A model generated the notes under the pieces. The model did no database searches. It saw only the letters and a list, made by a program, of their open reading frames with translations, and had not been told where the DNA came from. Of a stretch of DNA of 64,000 bases, positions 1 through 12,549 are shown one piece after another. The translations under genes were made by a program, and so were the position numbers. The stretch covers positions 331,266,001-331,330,000 of the forward strand of contig JBNRSN020000003.1 of NCBI GenBank assembly GCA_051313645.2, read 5' to 3'. Positions within the stretch are counted from its first letter, which is position 1. Each line of letters opens with the position of its first letter. This DNA is from Centroscyllium fabricii. Its lineage: Eukaryota.

Positions 1-138
1 TGCTCCACAGGGCCGGAAAACCAGACCCACGCAGCATCCCACTGCCGAGCCCGGAACTCCGACACGTACGCCACGCTCCTCGCGGAGTTCCCAGCCCTCA
101 CCAACCCCACCTTCACAGCCCGTACGGCCAAGCACGGG

Positions 139-1463
139 GTGGAGCACCACATCACCACCACAGGCCCCCCAGTCCATGCCCACGCATGCAGGCTGGACCC
201 GGCCAAGCTGGAGATCGCGCGCGCCGAGTTCCACATCATGGAACAACTCGGCATAATCCGCCGCTCCAGCAGCCCCCTCCACATTGCCCCCAAACCCGGC
301 GGCGGCTGGCGCCCCTGCGGAGACTACCGCCGCCTCAACAACGCCACCACCCCAGACAGGTACCCCGGCCCCCACATCCAAGACTTCTCAGCAAGGCTAG
401 CCGGCTGCACGATCTTTTCAAAGATCGACCTGGTACGGGGCTACCACCAGGTACCAGTGCACCCGGCGGACGTCCCTCAGACAGCCGTCATTACCCCCTT
501 TGGCCTTTTTGAATTCCTCCGAATGCCCTTCGGACTTAAAAACGCGGCCCAGGCCTTCCAACGCCGCATGGACTCAGTCCTGCGGGACTTGCAGTTCACG
601 TTCGTCTACCTAGACGACATCCTCGTGGCCAGCACCTCCCCCCAGGAACACCTCCTCCACCTCAAGGCCCTTTTCAACCGCCTGGTCGAACACGGCCTCA
701 TATTAAGCCCCTCCAAATGTCGATTCGGCCTCCAGACGATCGACTTCCTCGGCCACCACATCTCCCAGACCGGGGCCATACCCCTGCCCTCCAAGGTGCA
801 GGCGGTCCAGGAATTTCCCCGCCCGCACTCCATCAAGGGGCTGCAGGAATTCCTCGGGATGGTCAATTTTTATAACCGCTTCATCCCGGGAGCAGCCGCC
901 CTCATGGCCCCCCTCTACCACGCCACCCGCGGCCAGTGCAACAAGGCTGCGGTCGAGTGGACGGCCGAAGCCACCACCGCCTTTACCGCAACCAAAACCG
1001 CTCTGGCCAACGCCACGCTCCTCACCAACCCTAGGCCCAACGCCAGAGTAGCCCTCACCACCGACGGCGCCGTCGGAGCAGTCTTTGAGCAGTGGACAGG
1101 CGACTCCTGGCAACCCCTGGCCTTTTTCAGCCGACAACTCCGGCCTCCGGAGGTCAAGTACAGCGCCTTTGATAGGGAGCTACTCGCTCTCTACCTCGCG
1201 GTGCGCCACTTCCGCTTCCTCCTAGAGGGCCGCCACTTTACAGCCTTCGTGGATCACAAGCCACTTGTGTCTGCAATGGCTAAGATCTCTGAACCCTGGT
1301 CGGCCAGGCAGCAGTGCCAGCTCGCGGCTGTGTCGGAGTTTACCACCGACATTCAGCACATCGCCGGCCGCGACAATGTGGTCGCTGACTGCCTCTCACG
1401 CCCCACCATCAACTCCGTTCAAACGGCCGTCGACTACGCCAAACTGGCGGCCGACCAACTGAC
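139..1463 (+). CDS. Gypsy A pol, RT and RNase H portion (interrupted)
   Basis: RT and RNase H motifs; the last 14 codons of the tracked ORF run into the nested LTR. Confidence 0.9.
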
Positions 1464-1706
1464 TGACGTATCGTCAAGGTCTTCAATTAAAAGAGTCGAC
1501 GCGTAGTTACCGAAACTAAAGGCTTTTAATTACTAAAGAACGGAGCTACTCTCCAGACGAACTACTGTACAGGAATGGATGGAGCCTCGGTCAGACCACA
1601 CCTATATCGGGGCCTCACCTGGGGGAGGGGTCGGGGGTGTGGCTGACCTGGCTCCCAACAGAGTCACAGTAAACAGGGCTGTGCCTAACATCTGCACAGC
1701 CCATCA

Positions 1707-4560
1707 TTAGCCATGGTGATACAGTGGTATAACTGATATAGAACGGTTACCACATTCACCCCTTCTTAAAAACTTTGAGTCCGGGGGGGGTGAATGGATC
1801 GAACAGTTCATAATTAGTCTGTCCGGCGGTCGTGTCTGCCTGGAGGACCGTCGGCGCTCCGGTGTTGGCGGCGGTGCCTCCTGTGTCAAATGGTCCGCAT
1901 CTGCCGGCGCTGTGACTTCATGTGGCGGTGGGCTCGGCTGGTCCCCGCCGTCCGGGTCGTAGTCGGGGAAACTCGGGGGCCATCTTGCGTCTGGTGGTTG
2001 GTCGACCTGCAGGCCAGCAGGGGGCGCTGTGGTGGTGTTTCCGGCAGGGGCCAGGTCCCTGATGGACACGGTGTCCTCACGCCTGTCCGGGAACTGCACG
2101 AAGGCGTAGTGCGGGTTTGCGTGTAGGAGCTGTACCTTGTCCACCAGGGGGTCCGTCTTGTGGCTCCGGACATGCCTTTTAAGCAAAACCGGCCCCGGAG
2201 TCGTCAGCCATGGAGGGAGAGCTGTCCCCGAAGTCGACCTCCTGTTAAAAAAGAAAATCAGATCGTGCGGGGTGGCGTTAGTAGCAGTACATAACAGGGA
2301 GCGAATAGAGTGCAGCGCATCTGGGAGGACTGTCTGCCAATGGGACACTGGAAGGCCTCTGGACTTAAGAGCCAGGGTGACCGCCTTCCAGATGATCCCA
2401 TTCTCCCTTTCTACCTGGCCGTTCCCCCGGGGGTTATAACTGGTCGTTCTGCTCGTGGCAACCCCTCTCTGGAGCAGAAACTGGCGCAGTTCATCGCTCA
2501 TGAACGATGACCCCCGGTCGCTATGGATGTAGCTGGGGAGACCGAAGATGGCGAACAGCGCGGTGAAGTGTTTGATCACCGTTGCGCTCGTCATGTCTGG
2601 GCAGGGGAAGGCGAAGGGGAAGCGGGAGAACTCATCCACTACCGTGAGGAAGTATGAGTTGCGGTCGGTGGAGGGGAGGGGGCCTTTGAAGTCCACGCTG
2701 AGACGTTCAAAGGGGCGGGTGGCCTTGATGAGGTGCGTCGTGTCTGGCCGGAAAAAGTGGAGTTTGCACTCGGCGCAGACAGGGCACTCTCGGGTCATAG
2801 CCTTGATCTCCGTGATGGAGTAGGGGAGGCTACGGGATTTGACGAAATGGGCGAGTCTGGTGACACCCGGGTGGCAAAGGCGGTCGTGGAGGTCCTTCAG
2901 CCGGTCTAGCTGGGCACTGGCGCATGTTCCCCTGGACAGAGCGTCAGGGGGTTCGTTGAGTTTGCCTGGTCGGTAAAGAATGTCGTACTCGTAAGTCGAG
3001 AGTTCGAACCGCCACCGCAGGATCTTATCATTCTTGATTTTACCCCGTTGTTTATTATTAAACATAAACGCTACCGACCGTTGGTCGGTGAGCAGGGTAA
3101 AACGCTTACCGGCCAGGTAATGACGCCAGTAGCGCACGGCCTCCACGATGGCCTGGGCCTCCTTTTCCACTGCTGAGTGGCGAGTTTCGGGTCCCTGTAG
3201 GGTGCGGGAGAAAAACGCAACGGGCCTGCCTGCCTGATTCAGGGTGGCAGCAAGGGCGATGTCCGAAGCGTCACTCTCCACCTGGAAAGGGATGGATTCA
3301 TCAACAGCGAGCATGGTCGCCTTGATAATATCTTCCTTTATCCTTGCGAATGCCATTTGGGCTTCCACAGAGAGGGGGAAGACAGCAGCCTTGAGGAGTG
3401 GTCTAGCCTTATCTGCGAACTGTGGGACCCATTGTGCATAATAGGAGAAAAATCCTAGACATCTCCTCAAGGCTTTGGGGTTGTGAGGTAGGGGCAGTTC
3501 TTGCAAGGGTCGCATACGCTGTGGGTCGGGGCCGAGGAGCCCGTTCTCCACCACGTATCCGAGGATGGCGAGCCGGGCTGTATTAAAGACACATTTGTCT
3601 TTGTTATACGTGAGGTCCAGCTTAGCCGCCGTGGCGAGAAATTTGGCCAGATTGGCATCGTGGTCCTGCTGGTCGTGGCCGCAGATGGTCACGTTGTCCA
3701 GGTAAGGGAAGGTGGCCTGCAAGTGGTTTTGGTCAACCATACGGTCCATCTCCCGTTGGAACACTGACACTCCGTTGGTCACGCCAAAGGGGACCCGGAG
3801 GAAGTGGTAGAGCCGACCGTTCACCTCGAAGGCGGTGTAGGGGCGGTTGGCTTTCCGAATCGGGAGCTGATGATACACCGATTTAAGGTCGATCGTAGAG
3901 AACACCTTGTACTGGGCGATCTGATTGACCATTTCTGAGATGCGGGGAAGGGGGTAGGCGTCGAGCCCGGTGTAGCGGTTGATAGTCTGGCTGTAATCGA
4001 TAACCAGCCGCTGTTTTTCGCCAGACTTCACCACTGCAACTTGGGCGCGCCAGGGGCTGGTGCTGGCTTCAATTATCCCCTCCTTCAGCATCCGCCCGAC
4101 CTCCGACCTGATAAACGTGCGATCACCCTCACTGTACCGCCGACTCTCAGTGGCAATGGGTTTGCACTTCGGATCGAGGTTGGCGAACAGCGAGGGGGGG
4201 TCGATTTTCAGGGTGGAGAGGCCGCAGGCCGGGCTCCGCTTTGGGAGGAGATTGTCCCGGCTACTGACGGTGAGGGGGGTAAGGTCCCGCCGAACTCCAT
4301 TGTCACACTCCTGAAGTGGCACTGGAAATCCAAACCTAGTAAGGCTGGGGCACACAACTGTTGGAGGGTATACAATTTAAAATTACGGTACACGTGCCCC
4401 TTGACGGTGAGCGTGACGGAGCAGTAGCCGGTGACGTCCGCGGTGTGGGACTGTGAAGCTAGGGAGACTTGGTAGTTGGTGGGCAGGACCTGCAGTCCGC
4501 AGCGCCGCACTGTATCAGGGTGAATGAAACTCTCAGTGCTGCCTGTGTCGAAAAGGCAGT
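1707..4560 (-). CDS. Gypsy B protease-RT-RNaseH-integrase (frameshifted near the protease)
   Basis: CLFDTGSTESF at ~4530-4560; LVIDYSQTIN, YLDNVT, ESDASD, EAQA, TDQRS; HHCC; HSDRGSSF, NGQVER. Confidence 0.92.
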
Positions 4561-4660
4561 CGACAGTATGATCATTAATGCTAATCGGTATTATTGAGTT
4601 AGACAGGGTATGGGGCCTGCCCTGGCTAACTCTGATTCTGGCTGCCGCAGCCCCTGCTGA

Positions 4661-6004
4661 TCAGGGCTGTGCACAAGATGGCGTCGCCCCTGGCTCGCAC
4701 ATGGAGGGGCCCTGGATACAAGATGGCGTCGCCCCTGGCCCGCAGCTGGTGGGGCCCCGTATACAAGATGGCGCCGCCCCTGGCTCGCACATGGAGGGGC
4801 CCTGGATGCAAGATGGCGTCGCCCCTGGCCTGCAGCTGGTGGGGCCCCGTATACAAGATGGCGTCGCCCCTGGATCGCACATGGAGGGGCTCTGGTTGCA
4901 GAATGGCATTTCTGAGGGGACGCACGCGGTGGGGCCCTGTGAACGCGCTGGCGGCACCCGTGATTCGCACGCAGCGAACCGCGGTGATCGGGTTGGCGGT
5001 GCCCGTGATTCGCACGCAGCGAACCGCGGTGGTCGGGTTGGCTGTGCCCGTGATTCGCACGCAGCCGGCCGCGTTGGGGGGTCACGCTTGGCCGGCCTTT
5101 GTTGCATCAGGGTGGGGGATGGGGGCGCTTGTTGTTTACCCCCGTACCTTCGCTGGATCGCGCTGCTAATGCAGCTTACCTGGTCTCTGTCGGTGCTCTC
5201 ACAGGCTGCACTGTTGTACCTTTGGTTAGACGCTGCTGGAGCTGATCTGCAGGCTTTGGCGTAGTGTCCCTTCTTTGCACATTTCTCGCAGGTCGCTGTC
5301 CTGGCTGGGCATTTCGCTCTAGGGTGCAGTCCCTGGCCGCAGAAGTAACAGCGCTTGCTTTTAACGTCTTTAGTGGCCGTCGCGGCCATCGTGGGGGCCT
5401 CGGCCCGTGGCGCCCAGGCCTGGGCCTGTTGTGGCGCGGCCCATATGTTGTAGGCTTGCGGGTTAGTGCCACTGTACGCCTGTAACTTGCTACGGGCCCC
5501 CTCTACCGATTTGGCTAACGTAGTCGCCTCCTCGAGGGATAAATTGTCTCTCTCTAGTAGCCGCTGGCGGGCTTCCACACACCTCAGTCCTGTGACATAA
5601 GCGTCCCGAACGAGGAGTTCTTCCTCCTCTGCAACAGTTGTGCCTTTGCAGCCACAGGCCCGTACCAGGGCCAGGAGCGCTTGCTCAAACTCCTCATTTG
5701 ACTCACCCGGTAGTTGAGGTCTGGTCGCCAGCACATGTCGGGCGTAGACCGAATGGACCAGGCGCACGTAACATTTCTTTAAAATTTGTATAGTCCTTTC
5801 GTAGGTTGAGGCGTTCCTGACGAGGGTGAATACCCTGCTGGAGATCCTTGATCGCAGGACATGCAGCATGTCCTTGTCTGATGTAGCCTCGGCGGCTTCC
5901 ATGTAGGCCTCCAGAAGGCCGAACCAGTGTTCGAAGGTAGCGGGAGCAGCAGGGTCCTGGGGACTGATGTCCAGCTTCTCAGGCTTAACTGTGCTGCTAT
6001 CTAT
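4661..6004 (-). CDS. Gypsy B gag with two CCHC zinc knuckles and a repetitive C-terminal tail
   Basis: CYFCGQGLHPRAKC and CEKCAKKGHYAKAC. The frame extends upstream to an ATA at 6004, probably a mutated ATG. Confidence 0.88.
   Translation of the reverse strand: MDSSTVKPEKLDISPQDPAAPATFEHWFGLLEAYMEAAEATSDKDMLHVLRSRISSRVFTLVRNASTYERTIQILKKCYVRLVHSVYARHVLATRPQLPGESNEEFEQALLALVRACGCKGTTVAEEEELLVRDAYVTGLRCVEARQRLLERDNLSLEEATTLAKSVEGARSKLQAYSGTNPQAYNIWAAPQQAQAWAPRAEAPTMAATATKDVKSKRCYFCGQGLHPRAKCPARTATCEKCAKKGHYAKACRSAPAASNQRYNSAACESTDRDQVSCISSAIQRRYGGKQQAPPSPTLMQQRPAKRDPPTRPAACESRAQPTRPPRFAACESRAPPTRSPRFAACESRVPPARSQGPTACVPSEMPFCNQSPSMCDPGATPSCIRGPTSCRPGATPSCIQGPSMCEPGAAPSCIRGPTSCGPGATPSCIQGPSMCEPGATPSCAQP
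4673..5065. repeat. Two 45-bp tandem repeat blocks in the gag tail (ABABA block at 4673-4897, second block at 4957-5065)
   Basis: Five units start CAAGATGGCG with alternating ends; three units contain CCCGTGATTCGCACGCAGC. Confidence 0.9.
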
Positions 6005-6325
6005 TTTAAAATAATTTAGTAATTAAAATTGACGTATCGTCAAGGTCTTCAATTAAAAGAGTCGACGCGTAGTTACCGAAACTAAAGGCTTTTAATTACT
6101 AAAGAACGGAGCTACTCTCCAGACGAACTACTGTACAGGAATGGATGGAGCCTCGGTCAGACCACACCTATATCGGGGCCTCACCTGGGGGAGGAGTCAG
6201 GGGTGTGGCTGACCTGGCTCCCAACAGAGTCACAGTAAACAGGGCTGTGCCTAACATCTGCACAGCCCATCATTAGCCATGGTGATACAGTGGTATAACT
6301 GATATAGAACAGTTACCACACTGAC

Positions 6326-7583
6326 CGACCCCGATCTGCTCGACCCAGCTACCAACCTCCCCGGCCTGCTCTTGGCCACCGTAGCACACGGGCCCACAGC
6401 CACGGAGGTCCGTTGCGACGTCTCCCTCCCGCAGCCCAGACCCGTCGTCCCCCACGCATGGAGGCGACACATCTTCCAGACCCTCCATGACCTGTCCCAC
6501 CCCGGCGTCCGCGCGTCCACAAAGCTGATCTCTGCGCGTTTCGTTTGGCGCGGCCTGCGCAAGGATGTCCGCGCCTGGACCAACACCTGCAATGCCTGCC
6601 AGCGCGCCAAGGTGCACAAGCACATCAAGGCGCCACTTGAAACGATCGCCATCCCAGCTAGACGCTTCAGCCACGTCCATATTGACTTGGTCGGACCACT
6701 ATCACCATCACGGGGACATACACATGTCATGACCATGGTCGACCGCAGCACCCGCTGGCCAGAAGCGGTCCCCCTCACCGCTACCACCACCGCGGACCTG
6801 GCCAGGGCCTTCATTGCCACCTGGGTCGCACGTTTCGGCGTCCCCGACATCACGTCAGACAGGGGCCCCCAATTTACCTCAACCCTATGGGCAACCATCG
6901 CCCATGACCTCGGGGCAACCCTGCACCGAACCACCGCCTACCACCCACAGGCCAATGGCCTCTGCGAGAGGTTCCACCGCTCCATCAAAGCTTCCCTGCG
7001 GGCCAGCCTTAAGGACGCGACCTGGACCGACTGCCTGCCCTGGGTAATGCTCGGCCTGCGTTCAGCGGCCAAAGAAGACCTGCACGCCTCAGCGGCGGAA
7101 CTCGTCTATGGCCAACCCCTAACCATACCGGGCGAGTTCATCGCGGACACCAACGAACCCTGGTCAGCCGACCGCTGCCTCAAGGAGTTCAATAACCAGG
7201 CAGCGGCGTTCAAACCACTTCCGGTGGCCCGGCACGGAGAGCCGGCTGCACGTGTTCCAGATGGCATCGAGAATGCCAAGTATGTGTTTGTCCGCCACGA
7301 CGCACATCGAACACCACTACAGCCACCGTACGACGGACCGTACAGAGTGCTTCGGGCGGGACCTAAAACGTTCCAGATAAAAATGGGCAACAGAGCTGAG
7401 ACTGTCTCAATCGACCGGCTCAAACCGGCACACGTAATGGCGGGCGAGACAACAGTCCCCGCGCAGTCACCAAAACGCGGACGCCCTACCGCACCAAAAC
7501 CCGCCCACACTCCCACGCAGAACAAGGAGCAGCGCACAACACATGCTGGCCGCATCATCAGGCCACCTCAACGCCTCGCCTGA
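6326..7583 (+). CDS. Gypsy A pol, integrase portion
   Basis: H-H-C-C motif (HDLSHPG...CNAC), DLVGPL, SDRGPQF, NGLCER, YDGPY. Confidence 0.92.
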
Positions 7584-8507
7584 GACTCAACTTTTATGCT
7601 CCATTTTTTTCTTTTTCTTTATGCTCCTTTCTACTTTAGGTTAAACCTTGCTCTCCCTCACAGATTCTGGGGGGGAGCTGTGTGGCGACACACCCACCAG
7701 GACCATCAAATCCGCCTCGGGAGTACTGCGAGATGGCCCCGCCCGCCGGGCGGCGTGATGACGTCACCGCGACTTCCGGCGTGATGACGTCGCCAGGTGG
7801 ACACCCGGCAGTGACGTCACCAACCGCGGGTCCTTTAAATACCCTGGCTCCAGGTGGCTCAGTCTCTTTTTGCTACCTGGCCATAGTTGTGTTAACATTA
7901 AATGATTGTTTTCCGAATCCTCTGTGTCCAGCGTGGTTCTTCAGGCCTGCATGCCTCTACACCAGTTTAGCAGTGAGAGGGCCTGCAACCAATCTGCGCA
8001 TTTGTGGAATCCATTTTTAGGCGTCCTGGGCTGCTAGCTAAAATAGGAAATAGGGCCTTGAAAATGTTAATGAGGGGGTCTAATGCCTGTTGAAGGACCC
8101 CGTGTAAAATTAGTTATCAATGAGCGAGAAAGGCGTTGGACCTGTCTCCTGTGGATGCCAACTAACGGCAAATTATTTTATTTTTAAAGACCTTTCTGTG
8201 GAGCCAGGAGGAGGAGTGAACCACCCGACTCCATAGTCCTAGCAATCGCTTCTCCACCACCCCCTCCGCAACTTGCTCCAACCCCTTCCCGCCCACCCCC
8301 CAGAACTTGCTTGAGGACCACTGTCAGTGAGGCAGGTAGCCCGAAATAATTTTTCGCCTGGGGCGGGCTGCCTGTGGAAGCATGACAGGTGTCAGCAGCT
8401 TGCCCTAAATTTGTAGACGAGGCTTGAGGACCAATACCTGGCCATCCTTGAGTCTCTTGGTTCGAGCACATGTGCTCATGCCAAAGGCGGGCCCAGACTA
8501 ATTTATA

Positions 8508-9048
8508 CAGGTTGGGCACCGTTAATCCGGCACCCGAAAAACCGGCAGCTTCAGACGTCCGGCAACGATTTCCCCGACTGCCCTGCGCATGCGCAAAATG
8601 GCCACCGCACGCGGCTGCGCATGCCCGGGCCTCCCCGACTGGTCTGCGCATGCTCAACATGGCCACCGCGCTTGGCTGCGCATGCCCGGGCCTCCCTGAC
8701 TGGTCTGCGCATGCTCAACATGGCCGCCGCCCTTGGCTGCGCATGCCCAGGCCTCCCCGAACGATTTATGCTTCGACGAATGATCTGCGCATGCGCCGCC
8801 GAATGGCAAGCAGACGCGCAGAACATTCAAAATTTTGCAGCAGTCATTTTGAATGATCTGCGCATGCGCCATCAAACAGCGAGCGCATGTGCCATCAAAC
8901 AGCGAGCGCATGCGCAGACCATTCAAAACCTTGCGGCGGCCATTTTGAATGATCTGCGCATGCGCCACCAAAGCTTCAATCATTTGGCGTTTTCAACAAT
9001 TCGGCATGGTGCTGGTCCCGACCCTGCTGATTAACGAACTTCAACCAG
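8508..9048. mobile_element. Tc1/mariner (Tigger/pogo-type) MITE with internal GCGCATGC-rich repeats
   Basis: TA|CAGGTTG..CGTTAATC at the left end and GATTAACG..CAACCAG|TA at the right end (imperfect TIRs, TA on both sides). Confidence 0.7.
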
Positions 9049-9436
9049 TACTCCACAGTTTCCATAAACTAAAATACAAAAAGCGTCGTCCCCCCGCCCC
9101 CACATGCAAGGAAAAAGACAAAGTTGTCCACACTACTGTATAACGTTAATAAAAGTAAAATCAAACTAAGTTTATATGGACAAAAATTCAAATAAAAAAG
9201 CTCCTATTCCAACTTAAAAAGTAAAACAAACACTAAAAAATTTAAAAACAAGTACATACAGGTTATTTCCCAGCTATGTTACAAAAGAAGCAGTGTTTTA
9301 AAATTTGGGAATGTCACCCTACTGAAATTGAATGGCAAAACTGAGTTAGTTGAGAGGCATGTGTAAAGGTAGCAGCTTGTTAACTGTATGGTAAGTTAAA
9401 GGAAAGGTTGAAAACAGTGGGGTTGCACCAAACTCC

Positions 9437-9718
9437 TGACGTATCGTCAATGAATCAAAGACGAGTAGTTACCTTAACTATAGGCTTTTATTCACTTTAC
9501 AATGGAGCTACGCTCCGATCGAACATCAGGTACAGAATGAATGGGGGCAGCTCAGACCCCACCTATAAGGCACTCACCTGAGGGGAGGAGTTAGAGTTGT
9601 GGCTGACCTGACCTCGCGACAGTGTCATTATACAAAACTATGTACAATGCACCCAGCCACTATACATGCTGGTCTGTAGTGTGCTCAACTATTTACACTG
9701 GTAATTACGATTACCACA
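9437..9718 (-). mobile_element. Solo LTR related to the LTR of Gypsy B
   Basis: Starts TGACGTATCGTCAA and ends TTACCACA like the element-B LTR; 5-bp TSD ACTCC at 9432-9436 and 9719-9723. Confidence 0.9.
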
Positions 9719-10408
9719 ACTCCATTGCCCAATAAAATGAAGTCTGTTTTTAAAGATTTCCTCCAAGCTTCGCTTTTGCACCATTTCCCATGTATCCACA
9801 ATCTCCAACAGTACTATTTACAAAGATAATCAGAGTGGTGGCTCGGTGATCCCACACAGGGAGGGAATGAAAATCAACAGGCCTTGATACTCCTCCTAGC
9901 AACCAAAGCAGCAGCAGAATTGCCAGAGGCCTGGGAGTGGCCTGATGTGAAAATATTAAAATGTGAGCCATTCGTAAATCTAACATTGATTTAGAGGATC
10001 CACCAAAAAAGAAATACCTTTTGGTGTCACAGGTCACTTGTGTGAGGTAGTGAAAGGAAGATTGCAAAATAAAAGTGTAAATTCCAAAGCAGCATTTTAC
10101 ATATCCCACTGACAAAAGAACATAAAATGTTCATGTTGATAAATTTTTAAAACGTAGATTGCAATTATGGCAATAAACACCAAGTTATGAATGTCAATTT
10201 TAAAATACACAGAATAGGATTCTTGTCCTAACAAAAAAAAACTCAACAATAAATTCAATTTATTTTTAGATTTTTATGTTCATCGAATTGGAGGATGTTA
10301 CTGCTGGGAAATAGAACCTTTATTATTTCAGGCATCTAAGCCCCAATTTTACTCAGGGCAGGAATTGGACGGGTGGGGTCTGAGAGGGCAGCAAATTGTC
10401 CTGACCCC

Positions 10409-10896
10409 TGTAACTGGTTTCTGCGATGGCTAATTTCCCTTGGGTCCTGCCGCAATCGCCAAGTGGTTTCGCCCCATTCGTAGCGAGCGCGCAAACCCAC
10501 TTACTACAAGTTCTGGGCGATTGTGATTACTGCGGACAGATTGGAACACGGACAGCGTTTTCAGGCTCACCCGTACAGTGTTTATTAAGGTTGACAAAAC
10601 CACTCCACTCGCATATCGTACGAGCGGTGTGAACACAACAGTACAGTTTAAAACAGTACAACCCTGCCTTGTCCAACAAGCCCCTGCCGTACCTCGTTAT
10701 TCATGGCTTGGAAGTGGGCCTCTCGGGCCATTGTTCCCAAGGTCAGTCCGTTACCATACGAATGCAACCTGGTTATGTCAGCCACCTTCAGCGTGAGTGT
10801 TTCTCCACAGCTTCCCCCCCAAACAGCCTGTCCAGTTTTTAATAAGGGTATATGTTCATAATCTAAAAATTCATGGAGTCTGCGCCGACTGCTACA
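10409..10896 (-). mobile_element. Possible solo LTR
   Basis: TGTAAC...GCTACA termini and AATAAA on the minus strand (~10581-10586); no clean TSD. Confidence 0.4.
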
Positions 10897-12549
10897 CTTC
10901 AGCAGCGTACGGCCCGGGTGATTTTAACTCCCTAGTCTCATCTGCCTGCCCCACCTGAAACCAGCAGGAAGCAGCAGCTGGCTGCCATTAAGCAATATGC
11001 TACATCCTCATTTCAATTTTTTGATTGCTATGGCAGATCAGTTGCACAAATGGGCACATTTCATACCTTGTCCCATAACACTGTGCATGCCGGTTTGACA
11101 CCTGGGGCTTATCAAAATGGCTTTACAAATTACTACATTTTTGAACAGCAAGGGAACACTCTAAACCTAAGCAATTGATTTATTCAGTATCCAAACAGTT
11201 TTGATGATCATACGCAAACTGTTTACTTCCATCGTCTATCAAATAGCAAATCTGCTTCAAAATTGTGGACGTCCTATTCTTACAGCAGGTATATTACAGA
11301 GGAAGGAATAGTTCAAACTAGAGCACACATCACATAAAGCATAAACTTCAGTTTTGATGGCTCGTGACCACAGTTAACATTTCATAAACAGATGAATATA
11401 ATTTGTTCTTTATTCCAGGTATCTTTTAAAGCACAGTTGATTCCAGCACTGTGTTTTAGTTAGACAAAAATAAATAACAAAAGGATGAAGCCCCTTTAAG
11501 ATGTTGCAACACCAAGACATCTCCACATGAACCGTCCAATGCGACACACTATATAATAGTGGTCCACCCAGACACCATGGGCTCAATTTTCCAAGCCCTG
11601 AGGAGGCGGGCATGGAGGCATGGCAGCACGTGAAATCGGAGAAATTGGGGGCGGGTGGCAAACCTGCCCCCATCCCGCCTCTGTGCCCTTTTGCCAGGAG
11701 GTGGGAGGATGTGCAGCTTCGGGTCCCATCTCCTGGAGGCGGGGGAGGCTTTTAATCCTTTTAACTGCCTGTTAACAGGCAGAAAAAGGGATTAGTGCCA
11801 TTTTACCTTCACAGGTGAAGGCTTTCCGACCTCGGATAACCTCGCCGGGTTGGAGGAGGTCTGCGGCGATCGGAGGCACCTGGAAGTAAGGTGTAGAGAT
11901 GAGTGATGGGTGCAAGTGTGGAGTGGTAAGTATGCAAGGTGAGTGATAAGTTTAAAAAAAAGTGTTCACTTACCTTTTTTTACTTCTGTAGCCTTTGGCC
12001 GTGCTGGATCGGGAGAGCGGACATTCACCTTTGCAATTTCAGGTAATGGCTGATGGACATTCCGATCCATCAGACATCTGAAATTTACTTTTGTACAATG
12101 GTTTTTCAGTCCTCACCACAAAAATGAATCAAACTTAAGAGAATGTCACTGTTTGACAGCTTCACAGAGCTGTCAAATGCTGTCATTTCTTCTTTCAAGA
12201 AGTCTTGACAGATAGCACGTCTGACGTTGACCTGATCTGTCAGTGACTTCTTCCCTAATTGGCGTGCTGACCCGCCAGGCTCAATCAGAGGAAAATCCCT
12301 CTGAATCGTCAGGTGAGGATGGAGGCGGGACATTGACACGACAAGCAGCAGTCCTGCCTCCAAGTCGCCTCCATTGACAAAATCCAGCCGATGCATTACT
12401 TTGTTTTTCTCCAATCTAAAGAAGCAATTAGGCATCATTCCTGCTGCACTCTCCACAATTGTCCTCAATAATGTTTTCCAAATCTTTGACTTTGTGATTT
12501 CACAGGAGTGTAATCAGATAAAAAATTGACAGTGGGTATAGTTCTGAAA

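Larger units (their letters stand above)
1464..6320 (-). mobile_element. Full-length Gypsy LTR retrotransposon B nested antisense in element A
   Basis: Two 291-bp LTRs (1464-1754 and 6030-6320; TG...CA; 3 substitutions seen by eye). 5-bp TSD CTGAC at 1459-1463 and 6321-6325. PPT AAGAAGGGGTGAA next to the 3' LTR. gag, protease and pol are on the minus strand. Confidence 0.96.
1..7964 (+). mobile_element. Gypsy LTR retrotransposon A (CsRN1-like pol); 5' end lies outside the window; split by nested element B
   Basis: ORF 139-1463 has RT (WRPCGDYRRLN, YLDDIL) and RNase H (PLAFFS, ELLA, DHKPL). ORF 6372-7583 has integrase (HHCC, SDRGPQF, GPY). Removing 1464-6325 joins the halves in frame (ADQLT|DPDLL). 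A polypurine tract at ~7668-7677 precedes a 3' LTR at 7681-7964 (TGTGG...ACACCA) containing ATTAAA. Confidence 0.92.

Noticed and set aside
4578-5264. Plus-strand repetitive ORFs (228 aa and 166 aa)
   Set aside because: They are antisense shadows of the 45-bp gag repeats.
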